DNA from: Alphaproteobacteria bacterium
GTDB taxonomy: Bacteria > Pseudomonadota > Alphaproteobacteria > RF32 > CAG-239
Assembly (NCBI GenBank): GCA_045633945.1
Contig: JAZQZH010000003.1
Coordinates: forward strand, 250 to 64,249
Reading direction: 5' to 3'
DNA: 64,000 bases
Shown here in pieces: positions 62,358 to 64,000 of this stretch; within the stretch, counting starts at the first letter, position 1; each line of letters starts with the position of its first letter. The notes beneath the pieces are model-generated. The model saw only the letters and a program-made list of their open reading frames with translations, was not told the DNA's origin and made no database searches. The position numbers were made by a program, and so were the translations under genes.

Positions 62358-62541
62358 TTTTGCCTCCTTTTTTCTTCTTTGAAGGCACCCCTAATACAAA
62401 AACCGCTATTAGTAGCATTATAGCTACCATAATAAGAGATAATGTAAACATCCACGACTGAGCAAAAAGATTGAATACATCTAAATATAAGATGATACCC
62501 ACTCCTGCAAAAACCACAATCATACCAATAACAGACTTCAT
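62350..62541 (-). CDS. 63-aa two-TM membrane protein, translationally coupled to the first VirB6-like gene
   Basis: Two hydrophobic helices and a KKKKGGKNE tail. Its stop overlaps the next start (ATGAATAA). Confidence 0.5.
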   Translation of the reverse strand: MKSVIGMIVVFAGVGIILYLDVFNLFAQSWMFTLSLIMVAIMLLIAVFVLGVPSKKKKGGKNE

Positions 62542-62613
62542 ATTCGCCTCGGGAAAGTTCCTTAAACTAATTTAGTATAACACAAAAAAACGTTAACAAA
62601 TGTTACAATATCG

Positions 62614-63489
62614 TTAAATTTTTCCGTTGTTGATGAATTTCACAATATTATTTAACACACTAATATTTGTCATAACATTAAAATAATGTTTTTTTAGATG
62701 AATAATATTTTTTCCTTTATATTCTTTTTCATTTACGGGGAAATGACATATTTTCAACAACTTGTCGATAATAATGCTAGTGTTAGATTTAGAAAATAGC
62801 ATCAGGTTATTTACATCATTGGATATACCTGGTAATGATTTCAAACCATTTTCTGTCATGTCATATATCATCGGTCCTAAAAGAACGTTAAATATTTTAT
62901 ATTTACTTAGTATCTCACACAATAAATTACCTTTTAAAACAGGGTTGACTTCAACAATATTGCGGATTCTCGTGTTGTTTCGAAATGTTTGCATTTCAGG
63001 CGGCAAGTTTAGTGTTTTTCGCAAAACTAAGTTACCACATCCTTTGGTAACAAAAGATAATTCTTCAATATTTTCCATATGATTGAGAAAAAATAACAGC
63101 TGATGAGCGCTTGCCATAGAGTTTCTAAACAATGAAGGGTAATTAATTGCTGCAACAGTCATATTTGTTAATGTTAATTTTCGCCATAAAGGCTTAAATA
63201 TATTTTTTCCATCCATATAACCATGAAGCAAAATAACCATACGATTCGATTGTTTGGGAATTTCATAGCACTCTATATATTTAATAAAGGCTTTTTGGCA
63301 GGCATCAAAAGTCCCGCTGGCCCTTCTGATATCCCAAGAGTCCAAAAGGCGATATTTTTTAGAAAAACAGTGACGTTGAATGCGCCATTTTTGGTAGAAA
63401 AAAACATCTTCCCAAAATAAAGAGCCCCCAAATGTAAAAAAATTAAAACTCATTGGATGTATTCCTACTAGATTCGTTATTATGAACAA
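62614..63489 (-). CDS. Alpha/beta-hydrolase-fold-like protein with a degenerate nucleophile elbow
   Basis: MVILLHGYMDG oxyanion-type motif, but FVTKGCGNLV where G-x-S-x-G is expected. An alternative start is M13 (nt 63453). Confidence 0.4.
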   Translation of the reverse strand: MFIITNLVGIHPMSFNFFTFGGSLFWEDVFFYQKWRIQRHCFSKKYRLLDSWDIRRASGTFDACQKAFIKYIECYEIPKQSNRMVILLHGYMDGKNIFKPLWRKLTLTNMTVAAINYPSLFRNSMASAHQLLFFLNHMENIEELSFVTKGCGNLVLRKTLNLPPEMQTFRNNTRIRNIVEVNPVLKGNLLCEILSKYKIFNVLLGPMIYDMTENGLKSLPGISNDVNNLMLFSKSNTSIIIDKLLKICHFPVNEKEYKGKNIIHLKKHYFNVMTNISVLNNIVKFINNGKI

Positions 63490-63901
63490 CGTTAGCTTGA
63501 TTCGGTACAGCTGTAACCGTTATAAAAGAAGAGTTCTTCCCCTCCATTTGTATTAAAATTTGTACAGCTTTGCCTTTTTTAACGTATGTCATTTGTGATA
63601 TTTCAGATCTAACGATAGCTATTTCTACCCATCCTTTCTTTGGCATTTCTGCAGCATAAAAGTCAAAAACACGTCCAGCATTAAAATCAGCGTTAAAGCA
63701 AAGGCTTCCAATCCAGTTATCTCCATTTCCAAGAGTTTTAGAGTCTTCTAGCAATAAGTAAGATTTATCTGGAAAAGGAATGTCTGGAAAATTTTGGAAA
63801 ACCACAGGAATTTCTCTTCCGTTTGTTCCATACAAGACAGATTCTTTTGGCGCGCAAGCTGATAAAAGCGCTAATATAAGCAATATTCGAATAGCTTTCA
63901 T
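63443..63901 (-). CDS. Small lipoprotein (152 aa)
   Basis: Lipobox LALLSAC. It shares the FPDIPFP...FYAAEMPKKGW pattern with the 122-aa protein at 15135-15503. Confidence 0.55.
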   Translation of the reverse strand: MKAIRILLILALLSACAPKESVLYGTNGREIPVVFQNFPDIPFPDKSYLLLEDSKTLGNGDNWIGSLCFNADFNAGRVFDFYAAEMPKKGWVEIAIVRSEISQMTYVKKGKAVQILIQMEGKNSSFITVTAVPNQANVVHNNESSRNTSNEF

Positions 63902-64000
63902 TTTATTATCTCCATTTTATTTTCATATATAATAAAGAGAAGTTAATAAATGGAAAACATTTGTAATAAATATTACATAAAGTAAGTAGGAGTCCTTTAA

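Noticed and set aside
1-64000. Search for tRNA, rRNA, tmRNA and RNase P RNA genes, CRISPR arrays and IS/transposase genes
   Set aside because: No T-loop/acceptor-type signatures, no regularly spaced direct repeats and no transposase-like ORFs were seen by eye. Small structured RNAs could still be missed without covariance-model searches.

Overview
This is a visibly AT-rich (roughly 30% G+C by eye) bacterial chromosome segment. Its synteny is alphaproteobacterial: mutM-rpsT-dnaA, rpmH-rnpA-yidD-yidC-engB, ffs-dnaX-ybaB-recR, plus ptsP and apaG. The gene content and the split vir-type secretion genes suggest an intracellular Rickettsiales/Holosporales-like organism, but that is inference because no search was possible. 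Nt ~5,400-47,200 is ordinary, tightly packed housekeeping DNA. It covers replication and repair (dnaA, dnaN, recF, mfd, recG, recX, recR, dnaX, mutM, xthA), translation (rpmH, rpsT, rpmG, prfA, truA, rsmI) and envelope functions (yidC, LpoA-like, nagZ, SPOR protein, S41 protease). It also holds a candidate dnaA-proximal origin/control region, an SRP RNA, and two small ribosomal protein genes missing from the ORF track (rpmH, rpmG). The unusual content sits at both ends. (i) Nt 1-5446 carries the tail of a repeat protein, a 1432-aa VirB10 with about fifty tandem 17-residue repeats (CagY-like architecture), and VirB11. (ii) Nt 47,220-63,901 is an uninterrupted 16.7-kb minus-strand block. In transcription order it encodes a lipoprotein, a degenerate alpha/beta-hydrolase-like protein and a small 2-TM protein. 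These are followed by a tandem array of VirB6/TrbL-like paralogues, one split into two ORFs and one of 1263 aa with an internally duplicated soluble extension. Then come a dual-HTH/S24-like regulator and a four-gene operon, which encodes a very acidic repeat protein with Trp-acidic motifs, a small cytoplasmic protein, a short lipoprotein that reads like a secretin, and a bitopic membrane protein. The VirB6 array coupled to this orphan lipoprotein-secretin operon, together with the giant repeat VirB10, is my best candidate for an undescribed system. No tRNA, rRNA, CRISPR array, transposase or prophage was recognised. All calls come from reading translations and sequence by eye; no database search or computation was run.
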